Source: Octopus bimaculoides
Lineage: Eukaryota
Reading direction: 5' to 3'
NCBI RefSeq assembly: GCF_001194135.2
Contig: NC_068986.1
Span: 66,112,073 to 66,176,072 of the forward strand
Length of the DNA stretch: 64,000 bases
Shown: positions 40,095 to 54,309 of the stretch, in pieces
Numbering within the stretch: position 1 is the first letter of the stretch
Layout: every line of letters starts with the position of its first letter
Position numbers and translations under genes: made by a program
The notes under the pieces: model-generated
Database searches by the model: none
What the model was told of the DNA's origin: nothing
Seen by the model: the letters and a program-made list of their open reading frames with translations, nothing else

Positions 40095-40758
40095 GTTCAG
40101 AGACAACTCCATTCGTGCTGGTCTGTATTAGACTTCCTAGCAAAGCTGTCAAATTTGTACTTACCAGATATCAGGATATCTAGGACAGCAGAACTCAAGG
40201 CAATTCAGCGTCACTATACAAAAAAGATCGCCACAGTTCAGCAGATGAACTACAGGGAGCGACTGAAGGCACTAGGTCTCTACTCCCTGGAGCGCAGGCG
40301 AGAGAGATATGTAATAATTTACATATGGAAAATACTGGAAGGACTGGTACCAAACTTTGGCATCAAGTACTACACGAATGCCCGCACAGGTCGCCACTGC
40401 ATAGTACCAAGGGTACGATTCACTGCATCTCACATAAGGACAAGGTACTGCAACAGCCTCGGTTTCAGAGGACCTCAGCTCTTTAATGCCCTGCCAAAAC
40501 AATTGAGAGACCTGCAAGACACGGATATAGAGGTCTTCAAAACAAAACTCGACACTTTCCTCACCACGATACCAGACGAACCAATGGCTCGAAATAAGAC
40601 ACAGTTGAGGGCAGCGATGTCAAATTCTCTCATACACCAGATGTGCCATCGAAATTCTTGATTGGACTACATCAGGTGGCGGAGAAGAGCCATGCAAGGA
40701 ACGTGAAGAGAGCACAGCATAAAGACGGAAAGTCACTTGGCTGAAACGCATAAATAAA
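40095..40758 (+). mobile_element. CR1/L2-group LINE 3' fragment
   Basis: ORF 40155-40661 contains ELKAIQRHYTK...NYRERLKALGLYSLERRRERYVIIYIWKILEGLVPN...GPQLFNALP...FKTKLDTFLTTIPDEP, the typical post-RT C-terminus of CR1-like ORF2. It has a (TAAA)n tail. Confidence 0.85.
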
Positions 40759-40810
40759 NNNNNNNNNNAGCATAAAGACGGAAAGTCACTTGGCTGAAAC
40801 GCATAAATAA

Positions 40811-40851
<41 letters not shown>

Positions 40852-41348
40852 CATATATACATACATATATGTATGTATACATATATACATACATATATAT
40901 TTGTATTTATATATATTTATACATACATAAATAGATTATATATATATATATATATATATTGTATATTATATTATATATTGTATATTCCATATTCTATATC
41001 CCACATTGGTTATGCAGGAATATAAATAAAACATAAAAAACAGACAGTGTTGGAACTCTTTTAAACAAAATAATATATTCCTCTATACACNNNNNNNNNN
41101 ATATATATATATATATACACATAAATATATGTACATATACATATATATATACATACATATATATACACATAAATATATGTACACATACATATACATATAT
41201 ATATATACATACATATATATACACATAAATATATGTACACATACATATACATACATACACATACATCATATATATATATATATATAAACACACAGATATA
41301 TGAATATTATGTAAACAGTTTCCATTAGTGATTATCAACAAAACTTAC

Positions 41349-41458
41349 GAAACATTGGTCACACTGCTGTCCTGTGACATAACGTTTGCAGAGACAATTT
41401 CCTGTAGTCTTGTCACAGCTGTTCCCAGGACTTGTACCAACAGCATTGCACACACAAG
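41349..41458 (-). CDS. LAMB1: Laminin beta exon 5 of window (LE4)
   Basis: CTATAG|CT TGT ... TGT TTC|GTAAGT, phase 1 to 0. Encodes (A)[36 protein letters not shown]. Confidence 0.94.
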
Positions 41459-42121
41459 CTATAGAATAAACAAATATGACAATTTCAATAAACATACTTA
41501 TAACATTGCATGCACAAACTCACACACATACAGTACAGTGTAAATAATACACCCACCTACACAAGATAGAGAATACACACACATATACATGCACACACAT
41601 ATACATACACACACTTACAGTATAAAAAAAAGCCAAGCAACAGCAAGAAGAAAATCACAGTTCTAAATACAAATCATTAAACTTTTGATTACCATGTTCT
41701 TGTTTCAATTAATTTTGAAAATAATGAATAATTTAGTAAAATAACTATCATTATTAACCTGTTGTTAGGGACAGAAATTAAGATGAAATTTTGATGAAAA
41801 ACCTTAATTTAGATCACTTTAAAGTAAGAGCTTTGTATCATAGAACCAAGGGCAATCTCACATAGGTTGTTTAATCATTCTAATACTACCTTTGATAGTT
41901 AAATGGTTGAGGAACTGGGCTTGGAATATTTCTATTATATCAGTTCAAATCCTGGCATATTCCTCGTGTCAACCTATTCATTATTGACTAGCTGATGCTA
42001 AGACATTTATTCTGCTAAAAAAATTTTTTACGGTCACTGCAACAATTTGTAAAACTACACAACCCATGTTGACGAAGTCAACATGAAATAGCAACAGAAA
42101 TAAATAATTAAGATACTTTAC

Positions 42122-42301
42122 CTTCACACCCAAATGGGTTGTCTTTATTCAGATTCCAGAAACCATTAGCACACGTGTCACATCGATTTCCTGCCACATG
42201 GCGCTTACAATCACATTTTCCAGCTTGGTAACGTCCATCAGAACTGGTGTAACCATGACACTCACCACCTTTCTCAGATCCAGTTGGATCACAATCACAC
42301 T
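42122..42301 (-). CDS. LAMB1: Laminin beta exon 4 of window (LE3)
   Basis: TTTCAG|AG TGT ... GAA G|GTAAAG, phase 1 to 1. Encodes (Q)CDCDPTGSEKGGECHGYTSSDGRYQAGKCDCKRHVAGNRCDTCANGFWNLNKDNPFGCE. Not present in the supplied ORF track. Confidence 0.95.
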
Positions 42302-43957
42302 CTGAAAATTATGATGAAAATGGATCTATGTATAGTAATAGCTGTATTGCTAAGACTATAAAAATTACAACATATAAATGTATAATATTATATGTAATTA
42401 TACTGTGCAAAGCTTAATTTTAAAAAAAGTCTTCTTTCCACTGATAAATTGAGAATACTCTCAGCTTGAGATAACATTTAAACAGTATTCTGAGAGCACA
42501 GAGACTAGCAACCAGAACAATTCCAGTGCACTGTGTTTCCTCACTTATAATTATCATCCATAAGTAATGGACTACTACAAGAATATACATGATATCAATG
42601 TCCAATTCAAAGCAAGAGAAAATTTGGGCCTGCATAGATGGGGAATGAGGTAATATTTTACATAAACATTTAATACATTTACAAAATAATGAATTCATCA
42701 ACTACCAGCTGTTGTTGCTAGCTGATAAAATAAGGTCACTGGAATGGTAATCACAAGTTGTGTCTTAAGTTCTTACAATCTTTCTAAGCTAATAAAGTTT
42801 AGAAAAATTCTAAGTTACTTACAATCATCTACCAAATGCATAAGCACTGACTTTATGAGTTAAGACTAATGCTAATTTATAAATATTCCCTAAAGAAATA
42901 TACTAAAACAGTGGTGGTGGTCAGGACAATAGCAAGTTTTTGAGGGTTTTTTTAATGATAAACTGTTATAGACCTCATTACATTAAGTTTGAATCACATC
43001 AGAGCTGAATGCGCTTTTGATCCTTCTGGAGAATCAATAAAATAGGCAAAATGGCAAGCCCAAATATATTAGAGATGGCTTACATCAGCAAATGGCAAAT
43101 ACGTAAAGTTCACAACAGAGTAAGTTAACTTATTTCATTCTGTGAATTGTTGTGGCTGAACTTAGAAATTAAATGCTGTTTAAGTTCAGTGCTTTATGAA
43201 CACAACTGCTACCACAACTGTATTCTTCTTAAATGGGTGTATGTCTGTATGACTGGACACTTTTAGTAGTTAAGCACAGCTTTACTTCAGTTTTTTGCCA
43301 ACCACTTCTTATGACCATACTGAGTGGGTAGCAGCAGACATAAAAATAAGTATATACAATGCCAGAAAATGGGTGAGTGTACATAGTAGCTTTCTATATT
43401 GAGAGGAAAGAAAGGGAAATTAAGTATCTATCATGGATGACATTTTCATAAAAATGTCTCAACCAATAAATGCACTGCCATAGAAAAGACCAACGCCAAA
43501 CATTGTGAGTAGGCCCACTCATATGACTAATACTATTATTTTGTTTTAGCTTCAATTAGCTTAGAAGATTCAATGATAAGTGAGAAGAGAGATTACAATA
43601 CTAAATAAAAAGAAAAGACTCCAACTTCAGTAAACCCTAATTGTGAAATATAAAATCAAAATGAAAATCGTGACACAGATTTAATGGAGCATAGTGATAG
43701 AGAGAGGGTTGAATGAATGAATAGAGCCCCTTTTCACAATATCTTATTTTGTACCTCATTATTTGAAATTCAATGTTCCATCAAGGCCAACTTTGTTGTT
43801 GCTTTAACCCTTCAGTATTTAATCTGGCCATATCCAACCCAAATACTCTATCTGCTTTATGTTCAAACTGGTTAGATCCAGTCTCTTACACCTACCCAAC
43901 AACCACATAATCGAAATCTTGAAGCTATGTGATAATTCATGGTTAATTCAAAACAAT

Positions 43958-44517
43958 TTCAGCTTTATACACATAAGTTACTAACTACAAGTACCTTGGG
44001 GCAAGGATGGAGAGTAGTGAAAAGGACTTTGCTGTATGGAAGGCACTTGCTTGGAGTGCATGTCACAAACTGCATAAAATCTGAAGTTCTAAGATGGCAT
44101 GTAAACTGAAAAGTTAGTTCTGTTATATGGTGCTGAAACCTGGACCCTCACCAAGAAGCTTGAAAAAAAATTAACAGCTGAATATTACATGGCGAGCTCA
44201 TTTGACAACGGGCTGCTTTACCAGTATCTACCCAAAGTGACTGAGAAGATTCAGCAGAGAAGAATGAGAATTGCTGGTCATTGTGTCAGGAACCCAGAAG
44301 AACCTGTGTGTCAACTGGTCTTACAGCAGTCAGTTGGAGGAAGAATCGAGAGAGGAAGAAAACATCAAACCTATGTGAACAACTTGCTTCAGGACAACAG
44401 AGTGATAAATATTGACAAATTAAGAACATGCATGGGGAGACTGTGATGAATGGCATGCTCATGTGAAATCATTGAAGCATCTGGGAGGACAACGAAACTA
44501 AACTAACTTGAAACAAT
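43958..44517 (+). mobile_element. RTE-like LINE 3' fragment of a second family, inserted into a MITE
   Basis: Peptides YKYLGARMESSEKDFAVWKALAWSACHKL, VLLYGAETWTLTKKLEK and RRMRIAGHCVRNPEE...GRIERGRKHQTYVNNLLQD, with an (AACT)-like tail. AAACAAT occurs at 43951-43957 and 44511-44517 as a candidate TSD. Confidence 0.8.
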
Positions 44518-44715
44518 ATGAATAAATAAGCATTACATTTGATAGAGTAATCGGAATGCTAAAGGGTTAAAGCAAAAAAATTGAATCAGTTTATTTTCCA
44601 GCAATCCTTCCTCTTATCAATGTTTAAACACAAGTGCTTCAAATAACTAACAAAATGTTACTTTTGAAAATATGTTTCAGTTACAAGAGACAAGGTAGAA
44701 AAATCTCATACATAC

Positions 44716-44904
44716 GTCGACAAACATCATAATCAGTGACAGCTCTGCTGGGGTCTTTGTAGAAAAATGGTTTGCAAAACTGGCAATTACGGCCCATGGT
44801 ATTGTGTGTACAGTTATCACAGACTCCTCCACTGACACGGCCAGTCAATTCATAAACAGCAGGATCAAAATGACATTTTGTTGCATGATTGTTACAATTA
44901 CATT
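44716..44904 (-). CDS. LAMB1: Laminin beta exon 3 of window (LE2)
   Basis: ATGCAG|AA TGT ... CGA C|GTATGT, phase 1 to 1. Encodes (K)[62 protein letters not shown]. Confidence 0.95.
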
Positions 44905-47900
44905 CTGCATAAGAATAAAAGGTATAAAAATACATCAAAATATGGCAGAGATACATGGCAAAAGCAAAACAATGAAAAACAATGCAACAAAGATCACTTA
45001 ATAAAAATAGCAAATATATCAAAGAAATAATAAAATTCAAATATGAGGTCCCACTGAGTTAGTAAAGGAGCTTTCACACAGTCACTCAATCTGCTAGAAA
45101 CATCAGCTAAATTTCCCTTAAATCTTATCTATTACCTGAATTAAAGGAGAATACATTTGACACTAGTCCCTGATATGCATTAAGATGGAACATAAATTGC
45201 TTTGATTTTAAGATTGCTCTGCCAGGGCTAACCTGAGACTTAACAACATCAACTAGTTATTGTATTGTACTTATCCTTTACTAAATGTGCATTTTCAAAT
45301 ATTTCCAAAGTATCCCTATTTTCTCTTTAGAAGGAACCGTTTTTAGTTTTATGTTCTTACTAAGTTCTACAAAACTTAGATTATTTTCAAATGTGCAGTA
45401 GTGAATGGATCATTTTCTCTTAATACTATAACATTTTACATTTTGCTTTGAGGATTTCACTATCTACCATTGTTTATTCATTGTTTGTCTTAGACTTTTG
45501 CAAAATGTAATATTCTTTCTTTTCCTAGAATAATTAACTAATACAATCTTGGTTATTTTGCTTTGCTATGTAAAGTGTTAGTTCAATATTTTAATTACTT
45601 TCCAATCTCCTATGCTGGTTGCTCCTCTCTTCTACAAAAACACATTCTTTACAGCTAAGAGAATACAAAGAAAGAAACAAGTCCAACTTTCATATTTCAA
45701 CTGATATGTTAGAATATCAAATTTATCTTTTGTGCATTGCTTACAGTATTCTTATCACTGTTTTTGGTATTTTTGCAATATTCAGTTATGAATCTTTACA
45801 TTTTGTGCTCAAATCTTGCCATAATTAACATTACCTTTTCTCCTTCTGGGGTCAAGAATATACAGTATCTGTCATGTACAGTGGACAATGTAATGTAATC
45901 AACTGTTCGTCTTTTCCCAAAATTTTTAAGTCTTGAGATTTTGTTAGAAATTATCACTGCTTTGTTGTTGTCATCATCACATACAATTAACAAAGCAGAG
46001 TACTGGACAAAATCCTTTGCAGTACTTTTTCTGGTTCTATGCATTCTGAGTTCAAATCTCATTGAGATCAACCTTGCCTTCCATTCTTCCAAGGTTGATA
46101 AAATAAAATATAAGTCAAACGTTTCACTTCTTAACTTTTCTGACCTTCTGCCTCTGTTAAAATTTATCATCATCATCATTAATGTGAGTATTCCTAATTA
46201 CCAAGGAGTTGAATTCAACCAAATTATGCACTAAATTATGATGTCCAATCAAAACAAGATGTTACTGATTAGATTGAAAGATTTCCTGAAGCTGTAACCA
46301 GTTTCGGCAGGACAAGTTTTCACAACTTGTAGATTATAATTGTATATTGTAATATATTCATGGTTTTGTGAAAGCAATGAAGCTGGTGACTTGCCACAAC
46401 ATGTTTATACTTTTTAGGATATAGTAATGTCCAGTCACTGTCAGTTTTTCACTCCATGCCCATAACTTCATGGGTTTTATTTATTTATTTATTTATTTAT
46501 TTATTTTTGTTATTTTCATTTTATAGCCTACATTTGAACAACAGCATCACAAGGCTCTAGGTTTCCAGCATGCCAATCATGGTTTAATGCATTTCCATTG
46601 TGAGTGACAAGGAAGCATCTGCACAAACTGACTGGAATATTTTGGTTTGACACTGCTTTATCAGCAATTTTCTTGCCAATATGCATATCAACACACACAC
46701 ATGCACATACACATGTACACATGTCCTGTGATTTTTAGAAAAGATACGCCATATCTCTGCATGTCATAAGAGTTAACTAAAAGTGTTGGTATCCAGAAAA
46801 GCATCCAGCTGTAAAACACTGCCTCAAAATATCTAATCCAACCCATGCTTGCATGGAAAAGTGGTATGGGAGGAGACACTTCTTGATGGAGTTGTAGAGC
46901 TGGCAGTGTGACATGGATATTTGGATCATGATCATAATGTTGTGAGTCCGATTCTCAAAAGCACATTATGTCCTTCAGCAAGACACTTTATTTCATGTTG
47001 CACCAGTTCACTTAGCTGGCAAAAATGAGTAGTACTTGTAATTCAAAGGGCCAATTTTGTCACATTCTGTAGCATGTTGAATCTCCCTGAGAATTATGTT
47101 AGGAGTACATGTGTCAGTGGAGTCACTTGGACGTAAATTTTATGAGCAGGCTCCTTCACTGATTGGATCAACTGAAACACTCATCATCATTACCAATGGA
47201 GTGCCAGTTTAGGCATTTCAGATCTGGTGAAGCACGTTGTTTTCCAGGTCTGACCACCATTGGTTTTTTTCTCAGAGGAAGAAAGAAGCAGATAGAACTA
47301 AAGAAATAAAAGAAGAATCCACTTCAGTACAGGATTCGTATTTTACTTATCAACCTCAAAAGAATGAAAGCAATGTTGGGCCTCTGCAGGATTTCAACTC
47401 AGAGTGCAGAGAGCTGGAGCAGTTACCACAAAACAATCTATTTGAAGCACCAAGAACTCTGGAAATTAATCACCTTGGATCATTGGACAGATGGATGCAT
47501 TCATGCACCTATGAGTTCATAAATGTGCGGGTATGTGTGTATGTGCATGTCTTTTACTGTGGTTAAGAAATTTGAATAGTATCTCAGGCAAGTGTCTTAT
47601 TACAGCCTCAAGTATCAACCAAAGTTATACGAGTAAAATTTGGGACTCAGAAACCATGATATGCATTTATATGCATGTGTGTGTGTGTGTGTGTGTGTGT
47701 GCTTTCATCAAGAAGAGATGGCAGAATAGATGTTTGAACAAAAATTGATGTGTGACATTTGATTATATTTAGATCATATCTATTAACCAGATCCACGTGA
47801 CTGTGGAGTGCTCAGTCACTTGCACGTTAATTTCACGAGCAGGCTGTTCCGTTGATCGGATCAACTGGAGCCCTCGATGTCGTAAGCGACAGAGTGCCAA

Positions 47901-48394
47901 CAACAACAACAATTAACCAGATCAACTGTGCTGTTCCTTCTCATGAGGCTGACATGATAATTAAGTATCAGACAAAGTACTGAGGTTGATAAGATCAGCT
48001 AACATGGTCATGGTCTGAGATCCAAACCAATAAAAGAATGGAAGGAAACTATCTATATATATGTATAGATGCTCAACTGCATGTGTATATATGCATCAAT
48101 GTGTATGTGTAAGCACAGCTGCAAATGTATGGAATGGAGAACATTTGAATAGATTTAATGAAACTATGTTCCTCATAATTTTGTGTCCCAGGCACTCCAA
48201 ACAAGGGAGTAAATATAACAAGGGCAACTGTTACAGGTGAGTAATAAAGTTATTTCTTTATTGAAAGATTTATTAAGACTATTCATTCAAAAAAATACTT
48301 TAAGAAACAAAGCTTGAATTCTTATTTTTTTGGTTACCATGATGTATAGGATAAACCAATGTGCAATGGAAAATATACATGTGGTCATACTTAC

Positions 48395-48515
48395 TCCGAC
48401 ATGCATTTGGTTGCTTTTCTCTGGCAGGTCTCCATGGAAGATCATTATAGAAGTCTTCACATCTTTCACAGTTGTAACCTGTTGTCTTGTGTGTACAATT
48501 ACATTTACCATGAAC
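48395..48515 (-). CDS. LAMB1: Laminin beta exon 2 of window (LE1)
   Basis: TTCTAG|GTT CAT ... CGG A|GTAAGT, phase 0 to 1. Encodes [40 protein letters not shown]. Confidence 0.95.
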
Positions 48516-48759
48516 CTAGAAGAAGAATATAGCACTGATTCACTTCTGACATCAATTCAACCGATTTCTTTTTTTGGGGGCTGGGTTGGGAGAGAAAATG
48601 GGAATGAAAACAGTAGGAGAGTAGTGTGGTGCAGGAAAAGAGAAGAATGAGTCATAAGACAATGTATTCATAAAGAAAAATTGAAAAGATGTTCTTACAT
48701 AGCTGTGACCAAGTATAACAGGAGATCTAGTTGAATGAAACATACATATATATATATAT

Positions 48760-48813
<54 letters not shown>

Positions 48814-49375
48814 AAAGAGAGAGAGAGAGAGAGAAAGAGAAAAAGAGAGAAAGAGAAAAAGAGAGAAAGAGAAAAAGAGAGAGAGAGTTGGAAAATGCAA
48901 AGCAAGCATGTATAGATATCCACAGAGTAGTACTCTGATATGATTATTATATACTGCCTTTCATTTATTTTGTTTTCTATATAAATATGTGTTAAGCCTA
49001 CTATATATGTATACATATATGTGTGTGTATGCGTGTACACACACATATATATATAGTGAGTAATGAAAGAGAGAGTGCAATACCTAAAGCCATGTTATTA
49101 GATAATGCTTAAAATAAACAATGACATCGATGCAAACAATCCTTTTCAATATTTAGCTTGGTGATTTCTGTTTATTAGTTCAATTCACACGTATCAATAA
49201 GTACCAGTAATTTATGAAATCAGTTCAAGCAACACTACCCTGCTCCTGAAAACTGCATGTTTGCCAGAGATAGAAATGATAATGTTTTGATTCTTACCCC
49301 TTCTATACCAAAAGTTACCTCACAAAATGGCAGCTGAGAATCTTGTGTTTGGTCTCTAAATATTATTTGACTGAT

Positions 49376-49512
49376 TGGTTGGCGTTAGGAAGGGCATCCA
49401 GCTGTAGAAACTCTGCCAAATCAGATTGGAGCCTGGTGTTGCCATCCGGTTTCACCAGTCCTCAGTCAAATCGTCCAACCCATGCTAGCATGGAAAGCAG
49501 ACGTTAAACGAT
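49376..49512 (+). mobile_element. Very short RTE LINE 3' end
   Basis: Same tail sequence as 12740-12872, with few differences. Confidence 0.8.
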
Positions 49513-50157
49513 TTCTAAATTTTGGTGTATAGGCATCGTCTATATTATGGAAACACTTTCATTGTTGAAAATCTTCCTGCAATGTAGAGTTCTACAATGC
49601 CAACACTTATTTTCCTTCTGACTTCTATGCTAATATTTAACTATTTAGCATTGAAACTGGCCATATCCAGCCCAAATATTCTACTTGTTTTATGTTCTAG
49701 CTGGCCAGATCCAGCATGTCACACTCAACTTTTGATATCAGTTTAAAAATAAACAATCACATCATCGAAATCTTAAAGCTATGAGATAACACATGATTAA
49801 TTCAAAACAATATGAATTACATTACATTTGAAAGTGTAATCTGAATGTTAAAGGGCTACATCAATAAAAAAATTGGTTTTATGCTACAGAATTCCACATT
49901 ACATTAACATTTTCAGGAATAATACTTCCATAATGTGGATTTTCAGGAACAATACTTCCACAATGGAAGGATAACTGTATTAAAATTATGTGAAAGGTCT
50001 TGTTATGCAGCTTGTCTAAAGAAAGGCATTGCAAGCATCAGAATTAAGCGAATTAAAATGACTCAAACCCATACTGTCAACTCATTTTGTTAATACCACT
50101 CTACATATCACTTACAAGGAAGCAATATAAAATATATAAAAAGACAAACATACTAAC

Positions 50158-50318
50158 CATATCTCTGGCAGTTATTCCAACAGCATCAGAGTTGACAGAA
50201 ATAGGAGAACAATGAGACGAATGGCCATAGCAAGAACAACTTCCTCGGACAGTCATGTCATACATAGCATAGTAGTATTTCTTTTTTGTATCTCCTTTGT
50301 CATGAAGTAATACATCAC
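50158..50318 (-). CDS. LAMB1: Laminin beta exon 1 of window: end of LN domain and start of LE1
   Basis: TTTTAG|GT GAT ... GAT ATG|GTTAGT, phase 1 to 0. Encodes (G)DVLLHDKGDTKKKYYYAMYDMTVRGSCSCYGHSSHCSPISVNSDAVGITARDM, matching the YYYAxYDMxVRGxCxCYGH motif. Confidence 0.95.
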
Positions 50319-50628
50319 CTAAAATACAGAGAAAAAAGTTTAATTGCATTCATATTACTCCAATCTACCACTAACACATACAGTGCAATTTGTCTGGAGA
50401 TTGCACATCTTATAGAAAAATATAGAAAAACAACAATGTTCTTTCAAACACAAAATCACACACACACAAGACAAGTTTCTTTCAACTTTTCTCTACTAAA
50501 TCCAGTCACAAGGTTTTGATAGGCCCAGGGCTATAGCAGAAGGCACATGCCCAAGGTGCTACACAGTGGGACTGAATCCAGAACATATGGTTAGGCATCA
50601 AATTTTTTACCTTTTTTTTTTTTTTTTT

Positions 50629-51030
50629 CCGAGCGGGATCGTTTGCCAGTTCCCCCGGACTGGCCCATGTGCGGGCGACACCTGAAATCTTTCGAGCGGG
50701 ATCGTTGCCAGTGCCCCTGGACTGGCTCATGTGCGGGCGACACATGAGGTTTTTCGAGCGAGATCGTTGCCGGTGCCCCTGGACTGGCTCTTGTGCGGGT
50801 GGCACATAAAAGACACCATTTCGAGCGTGGCCGTTTTCGTGCGGGTGACACGTAAAAGCACCCACTACACTCTCTGAGTGGTTGGCGTTAGGAAGGGCAT
50901 CCAGCTGTAGAAACTCTGCCAAATTAGATTGGAGCCTGGTGTTGCCATCCGGTTTCACCAGTCCTCAGTCAAATCGTCCAACCCATGCTAGCATGGAAGG
51001 CGGACATTAAACGATGATGATGATGATGAT
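50629..51030 (+). mobile_element. RTE LINE 3' end with tandem ~62-bp UTR units
   Basis: Three units cgagcgggatcgttgccagtgcccctggactggctcatgtgcgggcgacac are followed by the common RTE tail and (GAT)n. Confidence 0.85.
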
Positions 51031-54000
51031 GAAACATGCCTGTGCCTATTATTAATTAATCCTTCACCATATTTACCAAAGTATCATCAGTTACCTATAA
51101 CCTCAAAGAAATACCATCACATCAAGAGACTAGTCTCCAGTGAGTTCTTGAATTGTTTATGCAATTTTGATTCAGCAACTCGCCTTTAAATCATTGATCT
51201 AGTCTCTTATACACAGAAATGTTCTCATTGCTATTTAACTCATTATTCTCACATTACTACCAATACAATTACCTTAACCCTTTACCATTCAGAGTACTCT
51301 ATCAAATGTAATGCTTATTTATTCACGCTGCTTTCAATTAATCATGCACTATCTCATAGATTTGAGATTTCAATGATGTGATTGTATATTTTTAGAATGA
51401 CATTATGCATTAATTGTGAGAGGGTTGGATTTAGCCAGTTTGAACATAAGGAGAATATTTGGGCTAGATATGGCCAATTTAAATGCTAAAGTGTTAAGCC
51501 TTTGTAAAAGGATGTTACCAAGATATTCAGGATAACATGCTCTCCCGTTTAACACCACTGCTTGGGCATTAGCTCCTTTAGCAGAATTCCCTGCATTGTA
51601 AGCCAGACCCTCAGTTCCCCACCTCCACAACCTATGTATTTCCTGTACACATTTGTCTTGCAGCTGTTCAAGCTATGCAATGGCTACATCAGTTCTAAAA
51701 GAGTCTGCAAAGGTTCAGCTCCTTTTCTGATTAAACACAGTTAATCTTAATCTCTAGAAAGGTTTGCCTGTGTATGAGCAACATGTTTATTGAAACTTCA
51801 ATATATATAATGACATTTTCACATAACTTGTATCCATCAAGGCAATAAGATTTCTATGAAGTAAATAAAATGTAGAGAGAAAGAAAAATTCCAATTCAAT
51901 AAACAAAGATAGCTGCCAGCTATAGTTATTTTCACCGTCTTTCACTCTATCTGGATTTCATTATAGAACTACAAGAAATTTTGTGACAGAAAGACATATT
52001 AGATTTCAGTAAAATCCTGCATTCCAAAAGTATATAAATATATAAGGTTTAAAGAATTGAATTTATTGCTGGTGAAATGTCAATGGTATATGTGATGTTT
52101 GTTGGCAATGGTAGTGGTTGATCTGATGTTACTAGCAATGGTGGTTGCATATATGTAATGTGGTGATTATGGCATATGTTGTAATATTGGTGATAGATAC
52201 AGTGTTCCCTGAAGGAAATGTTGCCAAAAGGGGAGAAAGTCAAAAACAAAAATAGATACTAAAATAAGTTAAACTAATGCTTGATTATAATTTAAGGAAA
52301 TGTAATGAAACCATTCCACTTAGGGGTCACATGAAATAACTAAAGACTTCCCAAATATTTTCCAAGTTTTTTAAACTTACACAAACATATATACATTTTT
52401 ATTTAAAAAAAAGACATTGCATTACAAAAAATACATACACAAAACCATGAATAAGAGGGGAAAATGGCTGTAAAAAGATATGAAAATAATTTTAAAAACA
52501 GAAGCAAAGCAACATGTAAAACTCGTGCACACGCGCACACATACACACGCTCAACAGACATACACAGGAAAAGATTCCATGAAGATAACAAACAGTGTGT
52601 ATGTGTGTGGGAGTAGGGAAATAATGACTGATTCTCACAAAACTTACAAAAATACAAAGCTGCAATGAGAAGGAATCTAAAGAAAAGAAACAAAACTGTG
52701 TGAATCTAGCGGTTGGCATAGAAGAAGTGGGTTCATGTGTCTATGAAGCTAGGTATGTGTGTTTGTCTATGTCCATTTGGTTGTGTGTGTACACTAACAT
52801 ATGTCTGGCCTCAGGTTAGCCCTCAGCAAGCATACCTATAATCAAAGGCATTCTAGCTATGACTATCCAACCTAATGGATATGTAGGCTTACATTATCTA
52901 ATGCATACTTTTTATCTGGATGGAAGGGTGTAATCTGAAGGAAATCTAGCAGCTATTTCAAGCAGAACAAGTAACTGCATAGAAGAATCTGAGTGCATGC
53001 GTGAGTATTTATGCACATGTAATTGTGTGTATGTTTATGCATATGTGACTGTGTGTAAGATAGTAAGTAATTCATATTAATGGATGTAACTATGTGTCAC
53101 AAGGTCACAAATTTTGAAAGTAAGGTTCATCAATTAAATCAATTTCAGTATTTGATTGGTACTTTATCTTACTGACCCAACAAGAGGGAAAGGCAGAGTG
53201 ATCCAACAGGATTTGAACTTGGAACATAAAGAGTTCTAACTAAATACAACAATATTTGTTCTGGTCCTTTTGAGTCCAAATCCAGCTGAGATTAACTTTG
53301 TCTTTCATTTTTTAGGGGTTAATGAAATAAGTTCTAGTTTAAGGTTATTGGTTAATGGAAATTGTCAGAAAGTTGGACAGAATACTTTGCAATTTGTTCC
53401 ATCTCTTAGTGTTCTAAGTTCTTGGATTGTGGTAGATTTACTTTAACCTAGTCTAACACCACCACCAAGCCCTTGGGTACCATTTGCGAAAGTTCATCCA
53501 GCAAAAGTTAATTCAGCCCAGACATTCAGTTTGATAATTATTACATCCTTCCTGCCACAAGTCTCAGAGACCCTGAAGAAAATAAAGGGTTATAGATGCT
53601 ACCCCTTCCTCTCTAATTAAAAAGTGAGAAAATAAGTGAAAAAAAAAGAAAAAAGTGAAGGCACATGACATACAGATTAGAGTGTTGCACTCATGATCAC
53701 TAGACGGTGGTTTCAATTCCTAGACTGAGCTGTATGTTGTGTTCTTGAGCAAAACACTTCATTTCATATTTCTCCAGTCCACTCTGCTGTTAAGGAGTAA
53801 TCCTGCAATGGACTAGTGTCCCATTCAGAGGGAAGGTTATGATCTTAGTCATTTATATGCCATGGAAATTTGGTAGCCAGCCCTAGAACCAGAGACCTTC
53901 ACAAGCAATAAGCATGCTGCCCTCTCCTTCCAGAAAAAAATGGCTTAAATTTACTATTACTATTATTTCATATCAGAATCACATTTTCCCAATATTTCTC

Positions 54001-54309
54001 AAATCATCTAAAGAGCAAGCAGACAGTGAATTTAAGATTTTGGTTGCAAGAAAGAAAAAAAATACTGAAAATTGAAAATAATGTTAGCACAATTTGAAGG
54101 AAATTTCTATCAGGAGTCACAGTGTAACATCTGTGTTAAGACTCAATTCAGTTTGATTGTAGAAGTCTCGAAATTGGTCAATGAAGGAAGAATGTGAGGT
54201 AGACTGTAACAATTCCAGCTAGTCCAAATTAATATAACAACTAACAAAAGAAATTAAGTACTGAAGCAGATAATTATCTGAACATATTATAAACAATAAA
54301 CATGTATTA

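Noticed and set aside
40721-40758. AGTC-ACTT-GGCT-GAAACGC stem at the CR1-like tail resembling a hammerhead half
   Set aside because: There is no CUGANGA core and no NUH triplet.
50629-50850. CRISPR-like appearance of regularly spaced repeats
   Set aside because: The units are contiguous tandem repeats without unique spacers, inside a LINE 3' UTR in a eukaryotic intron, and no cas genes are present.
51403-51630. ORF MWRWGTEGLAYNAGNSAKGANAQAVVLNGRAC considered as a missing laminin exon
   Set aside because: It has no resemblance to the LN domain, and its 3' part is read through a MITE.
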